Shown in pieces: positions 8,619-17,285 of a stretch of 40,053 nucleotides of DNA. The stretch covers positions 1 to 40,053 of the IMG/VR virus record IMGVR_UViG_3300026472_000012; one strand, 5' to 3'. The translations under genes and the position numbers were made by a program. Positions within the stretch are counted from its first letter, which is position 1. Every line of letters starts with the position of its first letter. Origin of the DNA: a virus. The notes under the pieces are model-generated. The model searched no databases. It saw nothing but the letters and a program-made list of their open reading frames with translations, and was not told the DNA's origin.

Positions 8619-10481
8619 TTAACTTGGCACAGGTATTAAGTAATAACATGAATCAATCACAATCGTTTGTCCGTTATTATTTCTCGTAATCCAATCAATA
8701 CCATTAGGAGGCAAAGTTTTTCCTGCATTTGCATAGGTCATCAATTCTATTCTTGTAGATCTTTTCTGCAACCCATCCATACCTCCAGGTTCATAATCTG
8801 ATCCATCAAACGGCTTGAGAGTTAAATAAAATTCATCTTTAAATTGCTCTTCAGTTTTCATTGGACCTATACAGTCTGTTTCAATAAAATATGCATAATT
8901 AGAATCCCAATCCGTCCATCCCCCATCCCAACGAACATTTACACTATCTGAAGCTGTACTGTCTATTGAAAGAGCTATAGTATTTGATGTGGTTTTTTCT
9001 AGTTGAAATCCTCTGTTGGCTATAAAGTAAGAATCAACATTGTAATATGTGACTTTATAACCTGCTGCCTCAAGTATTGGTTTGTAGTGTCCATAAATTT
9101 GATTTAAAGCATCATTATAATCAGATGGAGTAAAACTAAAGACACCGCCTAAGTTACTTAAAACTTCTCCAGTTACTAAATCAATTTCTTTAAGCAATGT
9201 TGTATTTACAGTTCCATAAGCTAAACCACTAGTGCCTTTATTAACTCCTAAAAAAGTTTGCTTAACTGTTAAATCTTGCTTGATTTCGACTTCGGAAAAC
9301 TCCACGTCTATATCATTACCAATAGAACGAATTAAATCATTTAAATAACGTGATAATGAATAATATTTAGATGAGATATTATTTGGTACTTTTAAAGCAA
9401 GAACATTTGGAACATATCTATACTCATTATCTTTAAGCTCTCGTAATTCACGTTCTAATTCAAACGACCATACTTCGCTATTTGTATCTAAATTAGTAAT
9501 TTTACAAGCAATACATAAAACGTCTGAGTCTTTATAATTGTAGTCAATATTTTTTAAAACTACGGGAGTAACATGTTCTGCTAAGCAAGTATCATCAGCT
9601 TGTGGAGCTAAACAGAATATAAATGAACCATCTTCATCTAGCATAAAAGATTGATTATTAGACCATGTAGCTTGAAGTGGATCAAATTGTGGTTTTGGAG
9701 TTGGTATTAATTTAAAACGATGAGGGACTGAATCTTTATTTTCTAATAACCAAAAACCATCCCAATCAGTATTAATTTTTCTTGATATATCAATTGGAAT
9801 TGCTTGAATAATATCATTGCCATTCACTCTACCCAACTCATAACTGTCCCCATCAAATTCCATAGTCCAATTTATTACTCCATCAAATAAAGGTGCTGGT
9901 TCAAATATAATTTTTGAAGTTGCCCCTTCACATGAAATAATAGAACTAGACTGAGCAGACAAGCACACACCATTTCGATTTGCATCAAATGAAATTACAG
10001 TAGGATTTTCACTAAAAAAAACTTTTTCTAGATTTTGATTATCAGGAATCACTCTATGTTCCAAGCGTACATCTTGATTCGAGTTATTCTTTATAAAAAT
10101 TGAATCCTTCCACTCATATCCACTTGGAGGTGGAAATGGAGGCAAAATTGTGGGACTTGCTTCAATATAATCTGGTGGATTTTTAAATTCGACATCATTA
10201 ATAATAAACTTTTCACTTTCTGGAAATATTGTACTTTCATTTACTTTAATGAGCACTGCACGATGCATTAATACTGTACCTGTTGCTCCAGCACAACTGA
10301 TACTAGGAAGGTTTACACCACAAATACCGACTTCAGTAATCGTATGATGATTTTCACCAATACGCACCCCAATTGAGATTGGTTGAGCACAAGCAAACTG
10401 TGGTTTAATCACCCCGTTTACAGTTTCTAAAAATTTCCAAACACCAAATTGGATAGTGTCTCCAAATTTTAAATCTTTCAC
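8619..10481 (-). CDS. Accessory protein, long paralog (620 aa), unknown function
   Basis: GTG start 5 nt after GAGGAT. The N-terminal ~70 aa closely match the N-terminus of the 10713..11639 product. The gene is AT-rich relative to its neighbours by eye. Confidence 0.85.
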   Translation of the reverse strand: MKDLKFGDTIQFGVWKFLETVNGVIKPQFACAQPISIGVRIGENHHTITEVGICGVNLPSISCAGATGTVLMHRAVLIKVNESTIFPESEKFIINDVEFKNPPDYIEASPTILPPFPPPSGYEWKDSIFIKNNSNQDVRLEHRVIPDNQNLEKVFFSENPTVISFDANRNGVCLSAQSSSIISCEGATSKIIFEPAPLFDGVINWTMEFDGDSYELGRVNGNDIIQAIPIDISRKINTDWDGFWLLENKDSVPHRFKLIPTPKPQFDPLQATWSNNQSFMLDEDGSFIFCLAPQADDTCLAEHVTPVVLKNIDYNYKDSDVLCIACKITNLDTNSEVWSFELERELRELKDNEYRYVPNVLALKVPNNISSKYYSLSRYLNDLIRSIGNDIDVEFSEVEIKQDLTVKQTFLGVNKGTSGLAYGTVNTTLLKEIDLVTGEVLSNLGGVFSFTPSDYNDALNQIYGHYKPILEAAGYKVTYYNVDSYFIANRGFQLEKTTSNTIALSIDSTASDSVNVRWDGGWTDWDSNYAYFIETDCIGPMKTEEQFKDEFYLTLKPFDGSDYEPGGMDGLQKRSTRIELMTYANAGKTLPPNGIDWITRNNNGQTIVIDSCYYLIPVPS

Positions 10482-10633
10482 TTTTGATCCTCAGGTATTG
10501 CTTATCCTAGTTAACTTTGACAGTTATAAATACGCCCAATTGGTAATTTGATTTCATGATTTTCAACTACAATTGCTATGAAATCTTAATAGCAAGCAAC
10601 AATTAAAAAGCTTTAACTCATTTTCTTGAGCTA

Positions 10634-10661
10634 TAAAAAAACCACCTTTAGAGGTGGTTTT
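10634..10661 (-). terminator. Rho-independent (bidirectional-looking) terminator after the 308-aa paralog
   Basis: A7-ACCACC-TTTAGA-GGTGGT-T4. On the minus strand the stem is followed by T7. Confidence 0.75.
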
Positions 10662-10712
10662 ATCAACTTAAATGTGAGTGCTCAAAATTGCATTATTCAA
10701 ATGTGCGTTAAT

Positions 10713-11639
10713 TTAAATGCCTATCAAGGTTGCAGTACCGCATGAATGAGCAACCATTTCGTTAACCACTGCGTTAGGGAATAACTGGTTGTAAATATCA
10801 CCCTCTAACATAGTACGAATAAAAGTAATCGTTATTGGATCGCTAGATAATTCAGCATTTACACCGCTAAGTCTGAATTTACCTGTTTGACCACTATCGT
10901 AACTCCATAAATCAAAGTTTATACCGTTACCACCGCCAGTAGTTGTACTGATATTGATGAAAGGATATAAAGCAATTAGATCATTAATCATCATGCGGAC
11001 TAAAACAGATAACTCAGTCCCTACTGGATAGTCAACTACTTGGAATGTAGCAACTTCATTTACACCATGATTAGGTGCATCAACTTTATACTGAATCGTA
11101 ACTGTTCCAGCGACAGCTAAACCGCCTTCATGCATTTCTAGAGTGTTCGGATCACATTTCTTAGCTAAGCAAAATGTTAAACTACCATCCTCATTTTCCA
11201 TGAATGTGTCATTACCATAGGCATTTGAATAACGAGCACCTATAGTTGGTATTAAGCGTATGCGATGATTATTTGGCGAAAGATTACCAAAGTACATAAA
11301 ACCATCATAATCCGCATAAATTTTATCGCTAAAGTGATTTGTAATGTAGTTTTGCAGTAAGTCTGTTGAGGACGGATAAAAGACTCCGTTTAGCTCCATA
11401 TTCCAATAACCGCCAAAACTTCCAAAATTCATTTTTTCAGATGCTCCAACACAGCTAATATCTGGTGGATTTACACTACAAACACCAACTTCTGTAATTG
11501 TCTGGTGGTCTTCACCGATTCGTACGCCAATTGGTATTGGTTGAGCGCATGCAAAGTGTGGCTTTATAACATCGTCAACATTCACTAAAAATTTCCAAAC
11601 ACCGAATTGAATGGTGTCTTTAAACTTTAACTCTTTCAC
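10713..11639 (-). CDS. Accessory protein, short paralog (308 aa), unknown function
   Basis: Start reassigned to GTG 11639 (VKELKFKDTIQFGVWKF...), behind GAGGAT with the same spacing as its paralog. The track start overlaps the Mu-F gene. Confidence 0.8.
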   Translation of the reverse strand: MKELKFKDTIQFGVWKFLVNVDDVIKPHFACAQPIPIGVRIGEDHQTITEVGVCSVNPPDISCVGASEKMNFGSFGGYWNMELNGVFYPSSTDLLQNYITNHFSDKIYADYDGFMYFGNLSPNNHRIRLIPTIGARYSNAYGNDTFMENEDGSLTFCLAKKCDPNTLEMHEGGLAVAGTVTIQYKVDAPNHGVNEVATFQVVDYPVGTELSVLVRMMINDLIALYPFINISTTTGGGNGINFDLWSYDSGQTGKFRLSGVNAELSSDPITITFIRTMLEGDIYNQLFPNAVVNEMVAHSCGTATLIGI

Positions 11640-11641
11640 TT

Positions 11642-12382
11642 TTAATCCTCTGGTATTACTGGTTCTGGGTAACAACGGCAGTTATAAATGCATCCAGCAT
11701 GAGCGCGTATGCCACGCTTACTATTGACAATTGGTGGTGAATCCCAGTGGATAAATATGCCATTTAATAAATGATGATCATGTCTAACATCACCATCGCC
11801 AGAATCTCTCCAGATATAACCTTGACTACCGATAGATTTAGCTCTGGCTTGAGTGAACACAGTGCTTGCTTTAGATGTTTCTGTTCTTGCAATCGTATTC
11901 GCTCTGGATTTCGTCACATGCCCAGTGGCCATAATTAATCCTGCAATCTCTTCGGAACGAATGCCTTCGCTAATTGCACGACTTGCCAAATCCTGTACAC
12001 GATTTGCAGCATTGAGTGGCAGCGACTTAATTAGCGAAACTTGTTCTGATAATAGTTGCTGATAAACGACACCAATATCCGTATTACGAATTTGATCCCG
12101 TAAACCTTTCGACATGTCTTTTGCATAAATCATCCATGTCTTTTCATCACGAAGTGCTACATCTGTTAATACTCGACCTGCAGCACTGAATGCCCATTCA
12201 TCTAATGTTTCTGCATAACGACGTAAGGCAGTAATTATTGATGGATAAACATCTTGGTCATAAACATCGAAGCCTTTTATTATTGAATCAATGTAAGTTG
12301 CAATCTGACGTAACTGCCGACCATATTTGATTTCAACTTTACGTGCCCGCATTGGTGTATGGCGGTTTTGCATACTATCCAC
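11642..12382 (-). CDS. Head morphogenesis protein (Mu F / SPP1 gp7 family)
   Basis: C-terminal motif GYIWRDSGDGDVRHDHHLLNG...CIYNCRCYPEPV is typical of the family. It lies downstream of the portal. Confidence 0.8.
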   Translation of the reverse strand: MDSMQNRHTPMRARKVEIKYGRQLRQIATYIDSIIKGFDVYDQDVYPSIITALRRYAETLDEWAFSAAGRVLTDVALRDEKTWMIYAKDMSKGLRDQIRNTDIGVVYQQLLSEQVSLIKSLPLNAANRVQDLASRAISEGIRSEEIAGLIMATGHVTKSRANTIARTETSKASTVFTQARAKSIGSQGYIWRDSGDGDVRHDHHLLNGIFIHWDSPPIVNSKRGIRAHAGCIYNCRCYPEPVIPED

Positions 12383-12469
12383 CGATTAAAAAACCTAATG
12401 AAATGAATACTTAAAGAGTTTTGGACTTGAATCCTTCTTTTGTAGATGGATCTGTACAGCCAAAGCTCT

Positions 12470-12497
12470 TTGTTATTTTTAAAGTTTGAGCTAAAAT
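12470..12497 (+). promoter_or_regulatory. Candidate sigma70 promoter, antisense to the late operon
   Basis: TTGTTA (12470..12475), 16-nt spacer, TAAAAT (12492..12497). Confidence 0.4.
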
Positions 12498-12503
12498 AGT
12501 CAG

Positions 12504-12725
12504 TGCATGGGCGAGGACTTCCCGATGGCTTGATTATTCAATGCACAGGGTCCGTGCCGTTGGGTCAGTTTCAAACTGGTCTGCTTCCGCAAAGGTAACG
12601 CCTTGGGAAGCCTAAAGAATGAAGGACGCCGCCCCTAACAGGTCATATGATACTGAGTAGGATAAAAGAATCATGGTAACAGTGAAGTCTTTATTAGAAG
12701 CCCAATTTATGGGCTTTTATTTTTT
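12504..12725 (+). ncRNA. Candidate ~220-nt structured small RNA in the portal/Mu-F intergenic gap
   Basis: No ORF of 60 aa or more on either strand across 12383..12716. The segment is GC-rich with nested and alternative helices. It has a promoter-like element upstream and a + strand intrinsic terminator at its end. Confidence 0.35.
12698..12725 (+). terminator. Plus-strand intrinsic terminator abutting the portal stop codon
   Basis: AAGCCCA-ATTTA-TGGGCTT followed by TTTATTTTTT on the + strand. On the - strand the stem is followed by CTAATAAAG, with no U-tract. Confidence 0.6.
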
Positions 12726-14702
12726 CTGCAATCCACCTTTATTTTTGTTCATTTTTTCATTTTTCTGATTTAAACGAATACCCTCAAGTTGATGCTCTGA
12801 TTTAAAATGTGCTGATTCAAAATCATAAACTCTTCTCACATCACTCCATCTCAAACAAACTGTAAAATACTGTTTATTAATCATTTCTTTTGCAATCAAT
12901 AAATCATTTCCCTTACTAAGAAGATGTGTACGAGGATGCTGAATCGTTGGAATAATCCTATCTAACATTTTTGCACGCTCTTGGCTTAATACTCGTTCTT
13001 CATTCCAATGACTTGCACCTGGTGGTTTTTCAGAATAGGCATGATTCGTTTCACCAAAATTGACTTCAATTGGTGTAGGCTCAGTTTTTTTATTTGAATA
13101 CACACCTAACGCATAAGTCTTGCCTTTGTAGTGAGTATCCCAATAATTTTGGGCTTCAGCCATTGTTGAAATAGTTTCAGATGAAGGAAGACTTTCAGGT
13201 GCCGGTAAGACATTACGTCCACTTTTACCACCATTTGCACTGGACATTGGGTGGATTGGAGCAAACCCAAGATTTAAAGCATTCTTACCAGATCGCCCAG
13301 TTTCGCTAAATTGTCCATTTTCATCACGTGGATGATCTTCCTCTATCCAAGTTCCAGCATCCACTGTGTTTTCAGAATTAGGCGCAGGTGGTTTGTCATC
13401 TGCCTGTTCAATCTCGATATTTGTAATACTGGACCAAATACCAGTAATCTCACTTGATTGACGTAACTCTTTAAGCGCAGTTTGTTCAGTCACAATACCA
13501 TTTTCAAAAGCACTCATGACTGTTGAAGTCACAGCGCTGGCAATAGATGCTTTTTTCTCATCATCCAACTGCCATAGCGATGCGAAATCAAACTTAAATG
13601 ATTTAGGCAATTCACAGCCCAACTCAGATAAGCAGACAACTTGTAATAACGTTTGCAAAGGTGTTCTTAAACGGCGTTCTTGTTGCTGATTGATATTGTC
13701 GTAATAGTTACTTAAATCACTTTCACCTGTTGAGTTCATACCTGCAGGTGATTGACCAAATAAACGCACTAATGGGATTTGCACAGCACCAGAAATCTGC
13801 TGACCAAATTGCAAAAGCACATTATCCAAACCTGTGAAGCTATATTGATGTGTTTCAAATGAATCACTCGAATCCATTAAAGTTAAACCTTCATTGGATT
13901 GGAATTGACGAATTTGATTGATTTGCTTTAATAACGCTTCATAAACTGCACCACCTTTGGCGATGATTTCACGCAATTTATCAACTTTATAAGTACGTAA
14001 ATGTGCCTTATAAACCAATTGACCTGCACCCAATGTCGCACTATCAAAAATAGTCAAACGATCAATGAGCCGCTCAATAACTGACTGTCCCCAAAGGTTC
14101 TCTGATATTGACTGCCAATATGGTAAATCAACCCCATCAATACGAATGATGCGTGAGTGATGAATACGTTGATTGCAGAAACCCACAGCATCAGAAATCA
14201 CATCATAGTATTTTGGCTTGCCATAATGCGGACCATACTCTGTCACTAAATCTTGTAAGCTTGGCACAACCATCCAACGGTCCAAGACCATCACACCTTT
14301 AAATGCACCTTTAGCAATCGTTTTTGTATTAAGTGGTGTTTCAGATCTTTGACCGTCAATCAACATAACTGCAAGACAACCACCATATAAACGTCCCCAT
14401 TTAATGGTGTTACACAGTTTGTCCCAAATTTCTAAACGATCCATGGCTTGGTTGATGACTTCAACATCTTCAGGGTTATCAAAGCCACGAATATTTAACC
14501 CTTCACGGGTCATATCTTCAGCAACAACATCTACAACTTGACCAACAACCCAACTTGAACGATACATTGCTTCAAGTTTCAGACGATCACGACTTACAAA
14601 GTCAAACCCATACTGTGATTGATCATGCTGATTACCAGAACCAAGCCCAACACGAGCAGCAAAATTTTGAAAACTGTCAATTGTAGATTTTAGAATGCTC
14701 AT
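12717..14702 (-). CDS. Portal protein (DUF1073-type) with a long C-terminal extension
   Basis: 661 aa directly downstream of TerL. The last ~230 aa begin with a low-complexity linker and the motif EEDHPRDENGQF. Confidence 0.8.
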   Translation of the reverse strand: MSILKSTIDSFQNFAARVGLGSGNQHDQSQYGFDFVSRDRLKLEAMYRSSWVVGQVVDVVAEDMTREGLNIRGFDNPEDVEVINQAMDRLEIWDKLCNTIKWGRLYGGCLAVMLIDGQRSETPLNTKTIAKGAFKGVMVLDRWMVVPSLQDLVTEYGPHYGKPKYYDVISDAVGFCNQRIHHSRIIRIDGVDLPYWQSISENLWGQSVIERLIDRLTIFDSATLGAGQLVYKAHLRTYKVDKLREIIAKGGAVYEALLKQINQIRQFQSNEGLTLMDSSDSFETHQYSFTGLDNVLLQFGQQISGAVQIPLVRLFGQSPAGMNSTGESDLSNYYDNINQQQERRLRTPLQTLLQVVCLSELGCELPKSFKFDFASLWQLDDEKKASIASAVTSTVMSAFENGIVTEQTALKELRQSSEITGIWSSITNIEIEQADDKPPAPNSENTVDAGTWIEEDHPRDENGQFSETGRSGKNALNLGFAPIHPMSSANGGKSGRNVLPAPESLPSSETISTMAEAQNYWDTHYKGKTYALGVYSNKKTEPTPIEVNFGETNHAYSEKPPGASHWNEERVLSQERAKMLDRIIPTIQHPRTHLLSKGNDLLIAKEMINKQYFTVCLRWSDVRRVYDFESAHFKSEHQLEGIRLNQKNEKMNKNKGGLQKK

Positions 14703-14714
14703 TTCGTTCTCGTA

Positions 14715-16373
14715 TTAAAGCTTGCTCCAAATATCGAGAGCAGAAACTAAAGGGCAATAACAAATCATCACAGCGTCTGCTCGGTTAGGAGAAATTGCGC
14801 CATCAGGTTGTTTATTGACTAAGATTTTTCCAACACCATTTTTCATGTATGTTGGCTGTGATAATTCCATGACAAGCTGTGTCATTTCGTTTGGATCAAT
14901 ATCCTGACTGGATAGAGAAATGAGCATGTCTGAGTCATACTCCTGACCATTCAATGCTCTATAGGTGTTTTGAAATCTAAGACGTAAGTACCACCAAGAC
15001 TGTGCTTTAAGGTTGGCAAAGAAATCTTTATTCAAGCGTTTCTCAACAATCTCACCTTCAGGATCATGTACAGAGGCAGAACCTCGGAATGGTTCAACAT
15101 TGACCTCATCCCAGCCTTTCTCACGTTGATTTTCATTAATCACACGCGCATCGCCTCGAACACCCGCACCAAGACCATCTGCATCGTAATAAAGTGTTAA
15201 GTATTTATTTTCTAGGCAAATATCCATTGCCTTTTGTGTGGTGAAGAAAATATCATCGCCACGCCCCGACCAAGTGCTTAAATGATCTAAAACAATGCCA
15301 TGACGACCTGCCATCGAGTTTTTATCACGACCTTCATCGGCAACATCTAATCCAGAAATTCTGTCGCCTGTAGGTTCTATGTTTAATTTTAAATGAGCAT
15401 CAATTGCTGCTTGCACCCAAACACTTGGAATCAATACACCTTCAATCGAAGCGGCATAGTTAATATCTATTTCCTGCGCAAGTATTACAGGGTCAAGTGT
15501 GGCAAGCTGTTTCTCATACCATGGATGAATCTCTTTACCACGTAACTCAACCATCCAATTCTTATCGGGGTTCAGTCGCCATGGCATAGTGAATACAGAA
15601 AATCGCCCACTAAATCGGTCTTGATAAAATCGATTACCAATCCCATTTGGTGTAGAACCTTTGATCACAACATTGGTATTCTGAGAGATTGCTGCATCCG
15701 CTGCTTCAGGGTTTGCAACAAATCCCCATTCATCAAGTAAGTAAATTGTTGTACGACCACCGCGTCCAATATTGTCGCCTGCTTCACCCGTAAGCGTTGC
15801 ACCATTATCAGGATTAATAATTCTTAAGTAGTTGTCATGTTCACGGCGATTATAATTTTTAGGTTTCATCCATTCAGGTAGCTTATTGAGCATATCTCTG
15901 AATTTATGAAACAAAGTTTTAGGATCACCTTTCTTATCAACTAAATCTTCTTTACGACTTCCAACACCAGCAGCGAAACCTTCAACGAATAACCAATGAT
16001 GCAGAAAATACCCAAGAACAACATAGGACATCCCCTCATCACGAGATTTTTCAATCACACCACCTGTTTGTGTGTCTTCTCTCTCTTGTAACCACGTCAC
16101 CAACTCTGCTTGTTTAGGACGTAGAACAAATGGAAGATTTGCAGGTAATCCAAAAGCCATTCCTCGAGGATCGTAAGTCCATACCCAATGATTAAACCAA
16201 TGCACAGGATCATGACGACATTTTTCAAGTTCAGCTTGTTGTGCTACTTCAGATTGCTCTATTACAGCCTTGTAGTAATAGCGTCGAGTCATTTCAGAAA
16301 TGGTTGCAGGTAAACGGACATCTATCGTCCATGCTTTAATCAGTGGTGTAATTTCATCAATGGCATAACTCAT
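14715..16373 (-). CDS. terL: Terminase large subunit
   Basis: 552 aa, in an ATGA overlap with the TerS stop and upstream of the portal. Size and position are typical. Confidence 0.85.
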   Translation of the reverse strand: MSYAIDEITPLIKAWTIDVRLPATISEMTRRYYYKAVIEQSEVAQQAELEKCRHDPVHWFNHWVWTYDPRGMAFGLPANLPFVLRPKQAELVTWLQEREDTQTGGVIEKSRDEGMSYVVLGYFLHHWLFVEGFAAGVGSRKEDLVDKKGDPKTLFHKFRDMLNKLPEWMKPKNYNRREHDNYLRIINPDNGATLTGEAGDNIGRGGRTTIYLLDEWGFVANPEAADAAISQNTNVVIKGSTPNGIGNRFYQDRFSGRFSVFTMPWRLNPDKNWMVELRGKEIHPWYEKQLATLDPVILAQEIDINYAASIEGVLIPSVWVQAAIDAHLKLNIEPTGDRISGLDVADEGRDKNSMAGRHGIVLDHLSTWSGRGDDIFFTTQKAMDICLENKYLTLYYDADGLGAGVRGDARVINENQREKGWDEVNVEPFRGSASVHDPEGEIVEKRLNKDFFANLKAQSWWYLRLRFQNTYRALNGQEYDSDMLISLSSQDIDPNEMTQLVMELSQPTYMKNGVGKILVNKQPDGAISPNRADAVMICYCPLVSALDIWSKL

Positions 16374-16888
16374 AGCTTACCGTTAATTGCTAATCGTGAT
16401 AGCTGTTCTGGTGTGAGATTTTCTAATTCTGTTAGTGAAAGTGGCGTATTCACATGTTGTATCGGACCACCTTCAGCCCCCGTATGTTCATGTTTCACTT
16501 TTTCACTAAATAATCCGAGATGCTTTCCAATCAATTCATTCGCTTTAATCGCACTGCTAGAATCAAATTTATATTCACCTGTTGAGTTTCCTTCACGGTC
16601 TTTGACTTCCTCCGCCTGCATACATCTTTCAGCAATTGTTTTTAAATTGTTTAAAACATAATAAGCATCGATTCCGAGTTCTTTGGCTCGTTCTTCTTGT
16701 AGAAACTTAATCCTTGCTTGAACTAATGGTTGTTTAAAAGCTCGCCAACCTGCAACTCGATCTGAATATCCCGCTTCTTTAGAAGCTTTATTTACAACAT
16801 TAGAAATGAGATATGCTTGGGCTAAATGTTCCCAACGATCATTTTCTAAAGGTTCACTCCCCGCTGGAAGTTCGATTTGTTCTTCCAT
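16370..16888 (-). CDS. terS: Terminase small subunit (Terminase_2/P27-like)
   Basis: 172 aa with the segment SKEAGYS...AGWRAFKQPLVQARI...AIKANELIGKHLGLF, typical of this TerS family. Confidence 0.75.
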   Translation of the reverse strand: MEEQIELPAGSEPLENDRWEHLAQAYLISNVVNKASKEAGYSDRVAGWRAFKQPLVQARIKFLQEERAKELGIDAYYVLNNLKTIAERCMQAEEVKDREGNSTGEYKFDSSSAIKANELIGKHLGLFSEKVKHEHTGAEGGPIQHVNTPLSLTELENLTPEQLSRLAINGKL

Positions 16889-17054
16889 CTTTTAAACCTG
16901 TTTCAATATTATTTATAAATTCGCTAATCTGTTTAACTCGCATTTCACACTGATTCTTAAATGCCCACGTTGAATTAAGATGATTAAGTGAGAGTAAGCG
17001 TGCTTTATCTTGTTCGAGTAGTTTTAGATTCTTTTGCGCTTCAACCCTATTCAT
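16854..17054 (-). CDS. Small coiled-coil protein, first ORF of the late operon
   Basis: 66 aa. The ATG is preceded by GAGGAAAG, and the 3' end overlaps terS by 35 nt. Confidence 0.5.
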   Translation of the reverse strand: MNRVEAQKNLKLLEQDKARLLSLNHLNSTWAFKNQCEMRVKQISEFINNIETGLKDGRTNRTSSGE

Positions 17055-17084
17055 CCCACTTTCCTCTAGGCATTAAAAAAACCC

Positions 17085-17168
17085 TGTCAAATTAATGTCA
17101 GAGTTTTTGTCAAAACATTTTTATTTAAAATCATCTCTTTAAAAGATAACTTTGAATAAAAATGTCAA
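17085..17168. repeat. Phased TGTCA(A/G) repeats upstream of the late genes
   Basis: TGTCAA at 17085, TGTCAG at 17096 and TGTCAA at 17108 (spacings of 11 and 12 nt), plus TGTCAA at 17163. Confidence 0.6.
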
Positions 17169-17182
17169 AGATTTTGGCAAAT

Positions 17183-17209
17183 AAAAAAAGCCCATCTTTT
17201 TGATGAGCT
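17183..17209 (-). terminator. Strong intrinsic terminator between the late promoter and the late genes (tR'-like)
   Basis: Minus strand: AGCTCATC-AAAAA-GATGGGCT (one mismatch) followed by TTTTTTT. Confidence 0.75.
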
Positions 17210-17252
17210 TTAATCTGTAGTGGATTACCATAACTTCGTCCACTATAGCTGA

Positions 17253-17281
17253 AATATGCCATATTGCGTTTAAACGGTCAA
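17253..17281 (-). promoter_or_regulatory. Candidate late promoter (PR'-like) downstream of the Q gene
   Basis: Minus strand: TTGACC (17281..17276), 17-nt spacer, CATATT (17258..17253). It lies ~45 nt upstream of the terminator. Confidence 0.45.
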
Positions 17282-17285
17282 TACC

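Noticed and set aside
10516-10550. TTGACA box on the + strand in the gap between the two paralogs, as a possible antisense promoter.
   Set aside because: The best -10-like hexamer (TAATTT) is 21 nt away, which is outside normal spacing. There is no downstream terminator or ORF to define a transcript.
12421-12437. tRNA T-arm-like string GGACTTGAATCC (minus strand AAGGATTCAAGTCC).
   Set aside because: The flanking 5-nt arms are not complementary on either strand, and no acceptor or anticodon arms can be drawn. It is not a tRNA.
12541-12600. Local resemblance to the c-di-GMP-I (GEMM-I) riboswitch core: GCACAGGG and CGCAAAGG strings.
   Set aside because: The GGCAAAC junction, the GNRA tetraloop hairpin and the tetraloop-receptor helix of GEMM-I are absent. 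GCACAGGG is instead consumed in a small local hairpin. I treat it as coincidence unless an Infernal scan says otherwise.
12645-12660. Hammerhead-like CTGAGTAG near the end of the non-coding gap.
   Set aside because: It does not match the CUGAUGA core, and there is no GAAA/stem III partner arrangement.
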